Positions 62,766 to 64,000 of a stretch of 64,000 bases of DNA are shown here, piece after piece. How positions within the stretch are numbered: the stretch's first letter is position 1; every line of letters begins with the position of its first letter. This DNA comes from Daphnia carinata (taxonomy: Eukaryota), in NCBI RefSeq assembly GCF_022539665.2, contig NC_081331.1, positions 5,766,001-5,830,000 of the forward strand. The letters are read 5' to 3'. The translations under genes were made by a program, and so were the position numbers. The notes under the pieces were generated by a model that saw only the letters and a program-made list of their open reading frames with translations, ran no database searches and was not told the origin of the DNA.

Positions 62766-64000
62766 TCATCCTTTCTTTGAATCTGGCTTAGGTGTAACGT
62801 CTTTGCCTTTGACTGCACAGTTGCGAAATGTAATGTTTTTGCTCAGGCATGTTTCCCATTGCATGGTTTGCCAGAAGCACTGACACACACCTTGTTGCTG
62901 GCCCTCACCTTGGTTCTTGCACTCAAATTGGTGCATGACATTCGCCATCTCTGCCCTTGAAAATGCATTGATTTTATCCTGAACACTCATTTTAAGTAAG
63001 TATTCCAGATGATGGGGATTATCTTTCTTCATTTCTTCGGACAAAGTATCACAGAGAGCGTTGATGAAAAAAGTACCTAGATCCTTGTTCCTGAAGGCTT
63101 CGAAGCCGGCCATAGCTGCTTTGATTGTTATGAAATCCATTAGTGGAGGATACTTCATAGCGTCTTGCCTTATTTTGCTTTCATAGTTGGGATTAATTTC
63201 CAATTTTGGCCATTTGACTTCGGTAGGTGATTGCCATTTACCTGGATAGCAGGAATACAAAGTCAAATTATTTTGCACGAAGGGTATTGATGAACTGAGA
63301 ATGTAAGTAGATGAGTTACAAACCGAGAGCAAAGGAAATGGTATCCCACATGTGGGGAAAAATGTCGCCGTTTTTACTCAATGGCACCTGACAAGCCTGG
63401 ACAATGAAAATTTTGGGTTTGCCGTACAGACTGGGGCAATTATATAAAGAGAACTCGTTCTTGAGTTCAGTATAATTAACGTATCGACCGTCGTAACACT
63501 GAATTGCGTTCTCGACTCCATGAGACAAAAGGCACACAATAAAGCATCCATAATCCTTCCAATCTCTTTTGGCCAGATTTTTGATTTTGGATATCAAATC
63601 AAACGATTCAAGATTTTCATAAACTTCAGTGTCGATACCCGATCCGTGAAACATAAGCTTTAACTTTTCTCGATCCTTGTCGCTACCTGCGCGGTTCTAG
63701 ATTAAAATAAAATAAAAGTAAATCAGTAAAAATGATGGAGTATCAACTGGCATTAAATAGGTAATAGAATTTCCATTGTGATACCTGTTCTTTATTTTTA
63801 AAAAATTGCTGGTTAAAGATAACGCAATGGCCAGGTTTCATCTCATTTCTCTTATTATATATATCATAATCTTTGACAGGGCTGAAATAAAGGCTGCAAA
63901 GGACTGCTTGTAATGTTGGACGTTCGCTTTCGTTGAACTTCAACATCAATTCCATAAGCCTTACCACGTCCTCGTTCCCATCACTGAGAACGAAGTCAAG
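62766..64000 (-). CDS. IRE1-like pseudokinase-caspase fusion, copy 4, 5' part outside the window (exons >64000-63785, 63696-63324, 63241-62766)
   Basis: Kinase C-lobe end LMELMLKFNESERPTL, then PGHCVIFNQ, RAGSDKD, LSHG, QACQV and GFEAFRNKDLGTFFINALC. Confidence 0.85.

Overview
Compact, AT-rich eukaryotic genomic DNA with many 60-100 nt GT-AG introns. Gene content and style suggest an arthropod, probably a branchiopod crustacean such as Daphnia (inference). Left to right: the 3' part of an expanded/FRMD6-type Hippo-pathway gene; an integrin beta (myospheroid/betaPS type) with two mutually exclusive 85-nt exons; an intronless AUH-type hydratase; a ~5.5 kb palindrome (14373-19925) carrying a spliced coiled-coil gene in each arm, tRNA-like Pol III modules at its centre and a hAT-type MITE; a divergent TBL1/Ebi-like WD40 gene; SMCO4; a CEP295/Ana1-like gene; and a dally-like (GPC4/6) glypican. 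From ~40.7 kb the window is a duplication-rich accessory region. An ~8.5 kb tandem duplication copies the glypican first exon/promoter, an intronless EPVVC-repeat gene and a kinase-caspase gene. The strongest candidate for a new system is a tandem array of at least four minus-strand genes, each encoding an IRE1/RNase L-type pseudokinase fused directly to an apparently catalytically intact caspase, which sits where the KEN RNase domain normally would. Homology calls come from recognising motifs by eye; no searches were run.
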